Shown in pieces: positions 1 through 8,903 of a stretch of 30,257 bases of DNA (position 1 is the stretch's first letter; the number at the start of each line of letters is the position of its first letter). The notes below the pieces were generated by a model that worked only from the letters and a program-made list of their open reading frames with translations, was not told the origin of the DNA and did no database searches. Position numbers and translations under genes: made by a program. The stretch lies in NCBI GenBank assembly GCA_038826135.1, contig JAWBON010000002.1, positions 1 to 30,257 of the forward strand, given 5' to 3'. This DNA is from Candidatus Odinarchaeota archaeon (lineage in GTDB: Archaea > Asgardarchaeota > Odinarchaeia > Odinarchaeales > Odinarchaeaceae).

Positions 1-221
1 GTGTGAGAAAACGGTGGTGGAATATAATAGAGGCGGAAGATAGGGAGAAAATTAGAGAAAGGGTTTAAACTAAGCATGTTATCCTTGAAAATTTTTATTT
101 AACTCTTTCAGCGGGAAGTCTTTGTCCGATATACGCTTTACGAATATACGCTGCGGCTTGTAATTTTAAATAGTTCTAAATTTTATTATATATTAAATCT
201 TTAAACGAGCTGTTAACGGAA

Positions 222-1643
222 TTGCTTAAAGCTAAAAGACTGGGAGTTTACTCCTTGATCGGTATCATCCTGTTAACTGTGGGCTTATCTTTCACAATTT
301 ATAATAAGGCTCTTGTAAACGAGGCCCGCGAGTTGTACACTTTATCCATCGAGAACGGTTACACAGCTAATTTCACTATTAACTTAAACTATAATGATAG
401 GGTTCTAATCTATATTTCGCCGTTTAAGCAGGTCAACTACACTCTGACTATTAAAACAAGCAACGCTACTACAGTAATTAACTCAACTCAAATATATAAT
501 AAGACACTATTAATCACCGTAAACAGTTCTGAAACACATCGTTTCTCCTTAAATGAGCTTCCCCCCTTCCAGTATACTCAGATACGGTTTGAAATGGTTA
601 GATACGCTAATGAACCGGTGAACACTTATATCGTATTCGGTCTGCCGTTAACTATCATCGGAGTTCTACTTAGTATTCTAGGTTTCAGAGAGCTAGGTTT
701 CTTAAAGATTAAAATTGGAGGCCGCCCCAGCTACAGTTTAAAAGAGTTTTCTTTAATAATTGCGGGGGTTATGTCCTACTCGCTTATTATAATAATGCTG
801 CAGCGTTTTCCTATAGGCCTTATCTTCCAGGACTGGTTGATAATTGGATTACTGCTGTTTGTTTCACTTATGAACATAATATTAATTTATTTAATATCGA
901 TGATTTTAACCGGGGATAAACTTAAATTATTCTCCATACTCTTAGTTGCATTAGCTTATTTATGGATCCCCTTATCCTTAACATTTTTAATTCAATCACA
1001 AGCTATTGTATTTAACTATTATGACCCCGATAACTCACTCAGTTTTGAGCTTATTAAAGACTTTGCAGTAAACTATACAAGTATTTATTTTCAAATTATT
1101 TTACTTGTATTAATATTTCCATTATTCTACATATATCTCGGTTATAACTGGGGTAAATCCATTTCTATTGACACGGGTTCAAGTCAGGAAAACCAGCTTC
1201 CAACAACTCCTTTAACTTTATTGAAGAATCAGTTAATAGATTCTGTACATAAAAAAGACGCAGCCAGCTTCTTTAAAATTCTGCGTGAAGAAAGCATTGA
1301 AGCCTCAGCTATACTATATATAGTGATTAGAGAGTATGTGGATAAAGGTGTCTGTGAGTTCACTTATCATAAGCTGATTACAGAGTATAGTGACTTGTTT
1401 AATAAGAAGCTGTATGAACGGAAACCCGTTGAACATTTCTTAGCACCCTTGTCGCTTGTTGAACAGCCTTCTGGAAGATTTAAATTTTTCAAGTTGAACA
1501 CGGATGCTCAGGAAATAAAATTTATAGTTAAAAGTTTTAACCAGCACAAGAATTTAGAGTTTGCTAAATTTCTTGAGGATGCTTCAGGGGTTGGAGAGTT
1601 AAGAGAGAGGAAGCTTAAGTTCAGCGGCTCTGACCGTTTTTAA
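222..1643 (+). CDS. Multi-pass membrane protein: N-terminal TM, glycosylated extracellular domain, about 5 further TMs, cytoplasmic C-terminal domain (possibly winged helix)
   Basis: 473-aa ORF with hydrophobic segments at about aa 9-28 and 137-310. There are six N-x-S/T sequons in aa ~50-105 and a soluble charged C-terminal ~150 aa. An AT-rich TATA-like stretch lies at ~186-196. No family recognised. Confidence 0.7.
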   Translation: MLKAKRLGVYSLIGIILLTVGLSFTIYNKALVNEARELYTLSIENGYTANFTINLNYNDRVLIYISPFKQVNYTLTIKTSNATTVINSTQIYNKTLLITVNSSETHRFSLNELPPFQYTQIRFEMVRYANEPVNTYIVFGLPLTIIGVLLSILGFRELGFLKIKIGGRPSYSLKEFSLIIAGVMSYSLIIIMLQRFPIGLIFQDWLIIGLLLFVSLMNIILIYLISMILTGDKLKLFSILLVALAYLWIPLSLTFLIQSQAIVFNYYDPDNSLSFELIKDFAVNYTSIYFQIILLVLIFPLFYIYLGYNWGKSISIDTGSSQENQLPTTPLTLLKNQLIDSVHKKDAASFFKILREESIEASAILYIVIREYVDKGVCEFTYHKLITEYSDLFNKKLYERKPVEHFLAPLSLVEQPSGRFKFFKLNTDAQEIKFIVKSFNQHKNLEFAKFLEDASGVGELRERKLKFSGSDRF

Positions 1644-1654
1644 AACTGTTTTTG

Positions 1655-1693
1655 ATTTCCACCTTTACCTTAATGTATTTCCACCTTTATATA
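1655..1693 (+). promoter_or_regulatory. 13-bp direct repeat ATTTCCACCTTTA (1655-1667, 1677-1689) overlapping a TATA box TTTATATA (1686-1693)
   Basis: The exact repeat has a 22-bp period. The TATA lies ~28 nt upstream of the ATG at 1721, and a GGTGA SD is at 1712-1716. Confidence 0.6.
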
Positions 1694-1720
1694 GTATTAC
1701 AACAAAAAAATGGTGATAGT

Positions 1721-3277
1721 ATGAGTAAAAACACCATAAGAGCGTTAGCTATAGGAATAGCTTTACTATTCGCTGTGGGTTTAGCAGCCCCATCGCTTAT
1801 CCAGGCACGGCCAAGTCAGCTACCGGATGAATATGATTACATCGGTCACAGGTTCACAGAAACATCTTGGTCTACGGAAGTTGACTGGATGGATATATTT
1901 AGGCTAGCTGTTCAACAGGTTTCAGAGAGTTTGCCAGCAGCGGCTAACTTAACTGGTGTGATGCCGCCTGAATTCGATAATCTATCTGTTATGACATATC
2001 ACGCTTTCGTAAACCAGTATAATTACTGGATGCTCTACAGTGGGTTTGAATACATTTACTACACTGATGGTGTACATGAATTAAACGGTACAATGCCGAT
2101 GCAGACAATAATTCAATCCTATAAAACATCATCCGGGTTAGAAGTCTACTCTGTTCAAACATACCTTCTTATCGCAGCTTTTCAAGACGATAACGTTAAT
2201 GGTGTATTTGATAATGACAGTGAACATTTGTTTTTAACAGTAGGATTCGGATTTGATGTTTCTACTTGGCTTGGAATGTTTCCTAACTCTACTTTAGCTC
2301 GTGAAATATTCGAGACGCCTATGCTAGTTACAATTGAACCTCTTACACAGGTGAACGGTGGCTATGAATGGGGTATGAAATACAAGGGGATCAAACTATT
2401 GATTATAGACAGAGACGGGGGAACCCTCCTCGGTTTGATGAGTTTGAAAGAGTTAGATTTTCACTATGTTCTAGGCTTTGACCAAGCTAATGGGCGTGTG
2501 ACCATTAACACATATTACACTATCGGAGCACCTGAACGGCTTCTATTAAGCGACGGCACCTATATCTACAATGATCCCGCTCATGACAATTATACTCTAA
2601 CAGACTTCTTCTTAAGTTCTAATATAGTTCTCGGGATTGTGAACTTGCAGCTTACATCTATTATAGACCCGTACCACCACCCAGTTACGTCTGTAACTCA
2701 TAATGAAACAGCTGTTAATAGTTCTACTGAAGACCTGGATTTAAGTGATAGCTGGTATACAACCTACGCTGGTGAGGAGAGAGTTTTCCAAGTCGACTTT
2801 GGAACAAAGAAAACCTATACTACAACCCATCCGAATGGTACTGGGACAGGGGAACACCTTGCAATAACAAGGTTGTACAATGCTTATCTGGGTAAAGGTA
2901 TCCTTGAAGCGCCTGTTTACGCGGTTTCAGCTGCTTTAATAAATCTTCCTTCAGCGATAGCTGTATTATACATGTCTGAGAATATGTTAGCAGGGATTAG
3001 AGCTTTATTCGGTATACTGTTCCCATTCATCCCGAACGGTGAAGAAATATTAGAGAATATAAACACGGTTTTCCCACTTAACATTGAAGCCAACGCTAAC
3101 TATTATGTGATATATTATCCTGCGTGGAAAGGTCAGATAGTTGAACATGACCCTGTGTTTATCGCGTTCGCTGATCTTTCATTTCTACTGAACCCTGCGA
3201 TTCTAGCACCTTTAGTGGTTATCGGTATAATAGCTGTTGTCATTGTAGCTATGGTTATTATAAGGCGTAGACGTTAA
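1721..3277 (+). CDS. Secreted, C-terminally membrane-anchored cell-surface glycoprotein
   Basis: Start moved to ATG 1721 (SD GGTGA). Signal peptide MSKNTIRALAIGIALLFAVGLAAPSLIQA, nine N-x-S/T sequons, and a C-terminal TM followed by RRRR. Confidence 0.75.
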   Translation: MSKNTIRALAIGIALLFAVGLAAPSLIQARPSQLPDEYDYIGHRFTETSWSTEVDWMDIFRLAVQQVSESLPAAANLTGVMPPEFDNLSVMTYHAFVNQYNYWMLYSGFEYIYYTDGVHELNGTMPMQTIIQSYKTSSGLEVYSVQTYLLIAAFQDDNVNGVFDNDSEHLFLTVGFGFDVSTWLGMFPNSTLAREIFETPMLVTIEPLTQVNGGYEWGMKYKGIKLLIIDRDGGTLLGLMSLKELDFHYVLGFDQANGRVTINTYYTIGAPERLLLSDGTYIYNDPAHDNYTLTDFFLSSNIVLGIVNLQLTSIIDPYHHPVTSVTHNETAVNSSTEDLDLSDSWYTTYAGEERVFQVDFGTKKTYTTTHPNGTGTGEHLAITRLYNAYLGKGILEAPVYAVSAALINLPSAIAVLYMSENMLAGIRALFGILFPFIPNGEEILENINTVFPLNIEANANYYVIYYPAWKGQIVEHDPVFIAFADLSFLLNPAILAPLVVIGIIAVVIVAMVIIRRRR

Positions 3278-3282
3278 ACCCT

Positions 3283-3302
3283 TCTCTTCTTTTTTATTTT
3301 TT
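3283..3302 (+). terminator. Oligo-T tract, putative archaeal intrinsic terminator
   Basis: Pyrimidine/T run directly after the stop at 3277, at the junction of convergent genes. Confidence 0.45.
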
Positions 3303-3519
3303 ATAGAATTGATAGTGATGGTGTGAGGGACCCGTCTTTTAAAGATATAAGACCCTTCTCTAAACCTGTTTTCAGAATCATTTGGGCTTCTGATGGTTTT
3401 AAAACTCTTAAGTCGAATGAGAGGGTGTAAATGAACTCTTTCTCGTCTAGTGAATATTTATTTCTAGACTTGAATGGGAGCCCTATTAAACGGTTTTCAT
3501 CACCAGTTCTATCCGGCAT
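3301..3519 (-). CDS. Short DUF2240-like protein (N-terminal part only, 72 aa)
   Basis: The motif F..(KG/RN)K..L...EFIYTLSFDL.....EA..ILKTGLEKGL matches my recollection of archaeal DUF2240. Start moved to ATG 3519, overlapping the GTPase stop by 11 nt. Confidence 0.6.
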   Translation of the reverse strand: MPDRTGDENRLIGLPFKSRNKYSLDEKEFIYTLSFDLRVLKPSEAQMILKTGLEKGLISLKDGSLTPSLSIL

Positions 3520-4450
3520 GTGAGCCCCCCAGTTCTTTTTTATCTTCAATTTTCTCTGTTTCCATTTTAGATATTTTGAGGCTGACTCCTTTAGCTTCAA
3601 ACCATTTCTCCATGGCTTCCCCTATTATTTTGAGTAGTGTTTTTCTATTAGAGGGGTCTATTCCAACAATCCCGTATGTTTTAATACCTAGAACACGGTT
3701 TACAAGTTCTGGTTTAACCGCTCCCGGTAGATCCTGCTTGTTAGCTATCCCTATTACCTGGGTGGTTTTAGATACATTATCCATGAGTTTGAGGAAATCT
3801 TTACGGGTTTTTAAAACATTCACTATGGATGAATCTAGTATTAGTAATACTATATCCGAGGCTTGTACTAGGCGGTCCCAAGCTTTCTTAAACTGGTCTT
3901 GGCCTCCGAAATCCCATATGCGTAAGGGTATCTTGTACTCGCCGATCTTGGCTTTAACGCCGCCGATGTCTACGAATATTGTAGGGTCGTGTTCGATCGG
4001 TGTCTCCTCGCCTTTAATCAGTTTGAATATTGTTGTTTTACCAACGCCGCTGGAGCCTACTAGTGAGATTTTTATTGGGCCTAAAATTATTTTATCAATT
4101 TCTTCGCTGAAGGGTTCAAAAAGACTTGTATCACCATTCCAGGTGTCTAACTCTTGCTGAAATCTTCTGATAAACTCTTCTTTAAGGGTGGTGATCTTCT
4201 CCTGTGCAAGTCCCTCATCCTCGTCTTCGCTTGTAGCTAATACGAATATCAGGTCTTTCGCAACTCCGTATATGAATTTAATATTTCCTGTTCTGATTAT
4301 TTTAATAATGTCGCCGCTTACCTCGGTTACAAATGATTGAAGTGCGCTGAGGAAGCCTGAGATTAATCCCTCATCTAAAAGCTTAGGACCGTAGTTTTTA
4401 GAGAAAAGACATTCCCCGCTTCTCCTTATTATATATACATGATGTATCAT
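3509..4450 (-). CDS. Longin-domain / Arf-like small GTPase fusion protein
   Basis: aa 1-~122 show the longin pattern (VYIIRRSGECLFSKNY, LISGFLSALQSF, KFIY..KDLIFVL). GTPase motifs: G1 GSSGVGKT, G2 PTI, G3 WDFGGQ, G4 NKQD. Confidence 0.88.
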   Translation of the reverse strand: MIHHVYIIRRSGECLFSKNYGPKLLDEGLISGFLSALQSFVTEVSGDIIKIIRTGNIKFIYGVAKDLIFVLATSEDEDEGLAQEKITTLKEEFIRRFQQELDTWNGDTSLFEPFSEEIDKIILGPIKISLVGSSGVGKTTIFKLIKGEETPIEHDPTIFVDIGGVKAKIGEYKIPLRIWDFGGQDQFKKAWDRLVQASDIVLLILDSSIVNVLKTRKDFLKLMDNVSKTTQVIGIANKQDLPGAVKPELVNRVLGIKTYGIVGIDPSNRKTLLKIIGEAMEKWFEAKGVSLKISKMETEKIEDKKELGGSHAG

Positions 4451-4611
4451 TTTACCGAGGCCTCGGCGTTTTAGTATTTAACTAACTGTATGATAAAAAA
4501 GATTATAAATATTATTTTAGGGTTAGAATCGGTTTATGTTCTATAAATTTCTTTTTAAAAATTATTTAGATAGATTGAGTGTTGGATTTAACGGTGACTG
4601 TGATAGGTTGA

Positions 4612-5355
4612 CTAGAATATTTTAGGCACAACTTCGTAGTGTTTTCGGAAGGCGTTGGGTTTTTTAATAACAGTTATGCCGGTGTAGTCTACATTATACA
4701 TTTTTATCATGTACTTTACCATGGTCTTCTGATATTTTTTAAGCGGGGTGTCTTTATCAACCTGGTTTAGTATTTTGTCGACGCCTGTTTTTTTACGCTG
4801 CCGTAAATATCTTATTAAACCGTCTATAAGTTGTTGAACAACACCTTTTAAATAAGCTTGTTCACGCTTCCACCTGTCATGGTCTTCATAATAATATTCG
4901 GCTATTTTTATAGCTATTCTTCTCCTAAGCAGCATGGCGAAACCTATAACTGAGGTGCCTACCGCATACAGGGCTAAGCCGATGTATAATATCATGCTAG
5001 GCAGTTTGAGAAAAATACTTGCTATAACTATAGATGAAGCTACTAGCATAAGTATTAAGCCGGCTATATGAGTGAGTATGCGAAGCGTCATCATCTTATT
5101 CACGTTGGGTATATTTTTAGGGAATGTGCCTATCCGCCACAGGACTTTACGTATATTTTTCCATTTCTCCGCGAAAACTCTGCCGAGAACCCCTTTCTTA
5201 ATATTGTCATCTAGTTTTCGAAAATCCGGGCATCTGTTTATCCTGTAACCGTCTATGATTGAAATTATGTTCAGTAGAATGTTTATTTTACTGATTTTCT
5301 GAAAACCGAGAGGCTCGACAACCTCTTTCTCTGTTTTCTTCTCAACCTCGCTCAT
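4612..5355 (-). CDS. Hypothetical basic membrane protein with two adjacent TM helices
   Basis: Long ORF with a hydrophobic hairpin around aa 95-145 and Lys/Arg-rich flanks. Start is ATG 5355 or GTG 5364. No family recognised. Confidence 0.7.
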   Translation of the reverse strand: MSEVEKKTEKEVVEPLGFQKISKINILLNIISIIDGYRINRCPDFRKLDDNIKKGVLGRVFAEKWKNIRKVLWRIGTFPKNIPNVNKMMTLRILTHIAGLILMLVASSIVIASIFLKLPSMILYIGLALYAVGTSVIGFAMLLRRRIAIKIAEYYYEDHDRWKREQAYLKGVVQQLIDGLIRYLRQRKKTGVDKILNQVDKDTPLKKYQKTMVKYMIKMYNVDYTGITVIKKPNAFRKHYEVVPKIF

Positions 5356-5538
5356 AATTATCACGTTTGAGTAATTTACTTTTAATAGTGTGTTAAGGTA
5401 TTAATCCTTATCGGATTTGTCAACACTAATATTAAGGGTATTTGATTATTAGAGTATATTAATATTTATAGAGGTCTCTTAAATTATAATTCAAAGGGTG
5501 TATTAATAGTTTTATCATGGTTTATGAGAGGTATTCTT

Positions 5539-7455
5539 ATGGTTAACGCGCGTGTGAATTACCGTGAACTGGGGTTTAAAGCAGGCTTGGAGATTCACCA
5601 GGAGCTTAATCTTAAAAATAAATTATTCTGTAAATGCCCTAATATATTGCAGCGGGGTGAGCCTGACTTTGTAATTAAAAGATTCTTCCGCCCTGTTATG
5701 GGTGAGATGGGTGAATTTGATAAAGCGATGCTTATAGAATATGAGAAGAATAAAACCGTGATTTATGAAGGATTCTACCAGTCCACCTGTACTTATGAGC
5801 TTGATGAAACACCCCCTCTTAGCATAAACGAGGAGGCGGTTGAAGCTGGTTTAATATTAACACTGTTACTTAACGGGACTCCTGTAGATGAGCTTCATGT
5901 CTGTCGGAAAAACTATTTAGACGGTTCAGTGACATGCGGCTTTCAACGAACACTGATTGTCGGGTTAAATGGGTTTATGCCTATTGAAGGTAAAACTATT
6001 CCGGTAACCAGTATTAGCATCGAAGAGGATGCTGCTAGGAAAATATCTGAGGAGAACGGGATTGTCCGTTATAGATTGGATCGCCTCGGTATTCCATTAG
6101 TAGAGCTTGTCACCGCACCTGTCTTGGAGAGCCCGGAGGAAATATATGAGGCGGCTTATAGACTAGGCCTTCTTTTAAGAGCTACCGGTAGGGCTAAGAG
6201 AGGTATAGGAACTATAAGACAGGATATAAATCTTAGCATAGCAGATGGGGCGAGAGTGGAGCTTAAAGGCGTTCAGAAACTTGAATGGATAAATAGGCTG
6301 GTTGAAGCTGAAATACAGAGACAGCTTACTCTAATAGATATAAAGAAAACTCTTGCAGGCCGGGGGGGATCCCCTAACGATCTGGTTGTTAACCCTGTGA
6401 ACTTGTCTAAGCTGATGGAGAATACACGGTGCAAGTTGATTTCAGCTAATTTAAAACGCGGTAACCATGTTTTAGGTATACGCCTGCCTTTATTTAAAGG
6501 AATTCTGGGTAGAAAAGTTCAGCTGGATAAATCATTCGGTTTTGAAATAGCTGAGAGAGTTATTGCTATAACCGGTCTTAAAGGCATAATACACTCGGAT
6601 GAGGATCTTTCAAAATACGGGTTTGAAAAAAATGAAATAGGCGCTGTATGCTCAATGCTTAAAATAAACTCCGAAGACGCTTTCGCTTTGGTGGTGGGGG
6701 ATTTAGAGACAGCTAATAAAGCTGTTAAAGTAATTATAGACAGATGCCGTATAGCGTATCAGGGTGTGCCGTTGGAGACGAGGAGAGTTTTAGAGGATGG
6801 TTCGAGCAGGTTTGAACGTGAAATCCACGGTGGTGCTAGACTTTACCCTGACACTGACACGCCGCCTATTAAAATTAGTGTTGAAAAAATAGACTCGTTG
6901 AAGAACAGTCTTCCAACATATCCTTGGGAGGTTGAGAGAGTATACTCTGAAAAATATAGTTTACCGTCTAAAACAATCCGGGAACTCATCTTAGATGATA
7001 AAATAGACTTATTTATTAAGATAGTTAATGAGCTTTCAATTGATCCTATACTGGTTTCTAAAACGCTGCTGGAAACTTTGAAAGCTCTTCAAAGAGAAAA
7101 CCCTCTGTTCAAAGAGCTTTCCGACGATAAAATAATGGATGTTTTTTCAGCTCTTAAAACAGGCCGGATCGCGAAGGAGGCTATAGAAGAGGTGATACGG
7201 ATTTTAGGCTCGGATCAGAATATAACTTTTGAAGCAGCGTTGAATAGGCTCGGATTAAAACAGCTTTCAATAGATGAGCTTGACTGTATAATAAAGCAGT
7301 GTGTTGAAGAGAATCTGAAAATTATAAAGGAGAGAGGGGAGAGGGCTTTCGCGCCTCTTATGGGTGAGGTTATGAAAAAGGTTCGTGGAAGAATAGACGG
7401 TAAAATAGTATCGGAGAGGCTTAGAAAAGAAATTAGTCGAGTGGGTGGTGACTGA
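5539..7455 (+). CDS. gatE: Glutamyl-tRNA(Gln) amidotransferase subunit E
   Basis: GFKAGLEIHQEL..KLFC, GFQRT, EEDAAR, LDRLGIPLVELVT, GTIRQDINLSI, ARLYPDTD. SD GAGGT precedes ATG 5539. Confidence 0.97.
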   Translation: MVNARVNYRELGFKAGLEIHQELNLKNKLFCKCPNILQRGEPDFVIKRFFRPVMGEMGEFDKAMLIEYEKNKTVIYEGFYQSTCTYELDETPPLSINEEAVEAGLILTLLLNGTPVDELHVCRKNYLDGSVTCGFQRTLIVGLNGFMPIEGKTIPVTSISIEEDAARKISEENGIVRYRLDRLGIPLVELVTAPVLESPEEIYEAAYRLGLLLRATGRAKRGIGTIRQDINLSIADGARVELKGVQKLEWINRLVEAEIQRQLTLIDIKKTLAGRGGSPNDLVVNPVNLSKLMENTRCKLISANLKRGNHVLGIRLPLFKGILGRKVQLDKSFGFEIAERVIAITGLKGIIHSDEDLSKYGFEKNEIGAVCSMLKINSEDAFALVVGDLETANKAVKVIIDRCRIAYQGVPLETRRVLEDGSSRFEREIHGGARLYPDTDTPPIKISVEKIDSLKNSLPTYPWEVERVYSEKYSLPSKTIRELILDDKIDLFIKIVNELSIDPILVSKTLLETLKALQRENPLFKELSDDKIMDVFSALKTGRIAKEAIEEVIRILGSDQNITFEAALNRLGLKQLSIDELDCIIKQCVEENLKIIKERGERAFAPLMGEVMKKVRGRIDGKIVSERLRKEISRVGGD

Positions 7456-7456
7456 T

Positions 7457-8839
7457 ATGGTGTCTCAAGACGAGTTTAAAGGATATAGGGGGACTTTGAG
7501 ACGGGTGCTGGAGTCATCCGGGGCTAAGGTTTGGAGTATTATAAGAATTATTAAAAACAGTCAAATATTTGAGGGAATCCTGCTACCTAGAAGCGAGTTA
7601 GAGGATGATCAGCATATTACTTTGAAGCTTAAAAACGGGTATAATATTGGAGTAAAATACGCTTCGAATATGAAAATTGAGGTTTTAGACTATAAGCCGG
7701 CAGCGTATCGAATACCCGATAAAAAAATAGCTTTTAGCAAGGATAAACCTAACGTGACTTTAATCGGTACCGGGGGTACGGTGGCTTCAAGATTAGATTA
7801 TAATACGGGGGCTGTTATACCCGCGTTCACACCATCAGAATTACTATCCGCTGTGCCTGAAATAGCGGATATATGTAATTTAACACCTAAACCAGTTATG
7901 AATGTTTTATCTGAGAATATGAGGCCTGAAGACTGGATTAAAATAGCTAGAGAGGTTGATAGGGAGATTCTAAGCGGCTCCACGCGGGGCGTTCTTATCG
8001 CTCACGGCACTGACACTATGAGTTACACTGCTTCCGCTCTCTCCTTTATGTTAAGGAACCCACCGCTGCCTATTGTATTTGTTGGAAGTCAGAGAAGTTC
8101 AGACCGTCCTTCAAGCGATGCGGCGCTTAACCTTATCGGTGCATGTTTATTCGCATCTAAAACTGATGTGGGTGAAGTGGTGGTTTGCATGCACGGTTCA
8201 AGCAGCGATAATTATATACTATGTCATAGGGCAACACGGGTTAGAAAAATGCATAGTAGCCGTAGAGACGCTTTCAAATCAATAGGGGCAACTCCCTTGG
8301 CTAAAGTTGAAAGCGGGCAGATCAAAATATTATCAAACGATTATAATATTGCTGGTAAAGCCCGTTATGAACCTCAAATCTCCTTAGACACTAAAGTAGC
8401 CTTAATATACTTCTATCCTGGTATGAATCCGGATATAATAGACCAATTTATAGATAAAGGTTATCACGGGATTGTATTAATAGGCACAGGTTTAGGTCAT
8501 GTATGTGAGTCGATGATTCCTTCTATTAGAAGGGCGGTTGAAAGTAAAATACCTGTTTTAATGACCACGCAAACAATCTGGGGGTATACTGGAATGGAGG
8601 TGTATGAGACAGGTAGAAAACTTCTAGCCGCTGGTGTAATTCCCTGCTCGAATATCCTCCCGGAGGTGGCTTATACAAAACTGATGTGGGTGCTCGCTCA
8701 AACAGATAATTTGAAGGAGATACACCGGTTAATGAACACTAATATCGCGCATGAAATACTTGAAAGAGAGGAATATAACGGGTTTCTTATACTCCAAGGT
8801 ATAGAGGATGGTGTGGATAAAATATTGAAAAATATTTAA
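7457..8839 (+). CDS. gatD: Glutamyl-tRNA(Gln) amidotransferase subunit D
   Basis: TGGTVASRLDY.TGAV, HGTDTM, GSQRSSDRPSSDA, RVRKMHSSRRDAF. SD GGTGGTGA precedes ATG 7457. Confidence 0.97.
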   Translation: MVSQDEFKGYRGTLRRVLESSGAKVWSIIRIIKNSQIFEGILLPRSELEDDQHITLKLKNGYNIGVKYASNMKIEVLDYKPAAYRIPDKKIAFSKDKPNVTLIGTGGTVASRLDYNTGAVIPAFTPSELLSAVPEIADICNLTPKPVMNVLSENMRPEDWIKIAREVDREILSGSTRGVLIAHGTDTMSYTASALSFMLRNPPLPIVFVGSQRSSDRPSSDAALNLIGACLFASKTDVGEVVVCMHGSSSDNYILCHRATRVRKMHSSRRDAFKSIGATPLAKVESGQIKILSNDYNIAGKARYEPQISLDTKVALIYFYPGMNPDIIDQFIDKGYHGIVLIGTGLGHVCESMIPSIRRAVESKIPVLMTTQTIWGYTGMEVYETGRKLLAAGVIPCSNILPEVAYTKLMWVLAQTDNLKEIHRLMNTNIAHEILEREEYNGFLILQGIEDGVDKILKNI

Positions 8840-8903
8840 TTAAAAATAGCTGGTTTCCAATATAATATGTCGTTGCTATCTAAACTGTAAATAAAATGGG
8901 GGT

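Noticed and set aside
3-68. Possible 3' end of an upstream gene (VRKRWWNIIEAEDREKIRERV*)
   Set aside because: Only 21 codons are visible with no recognisable motif, so it cannot be supported.
1652-1720. Longer start for the surface protein given by the ORF track
   Set aside because: This stretch contains the TATA box and SD, and the signal peptide begins at ATG 1721.
3474-4160. 228-aa plus-strand ORF
   Set aside because: It is an antisense shadow of the GTPase gene, with Ser/Leu/Ile-rich composition and no motifs.
5365-5523. Imperfect repeats (TTAAGGTATT-like, TAGTGT/ACACTA) in the divergent promoter before gatE
   Set aside because: Short and degenerate, and expected by chance in very AT-rich DNA.
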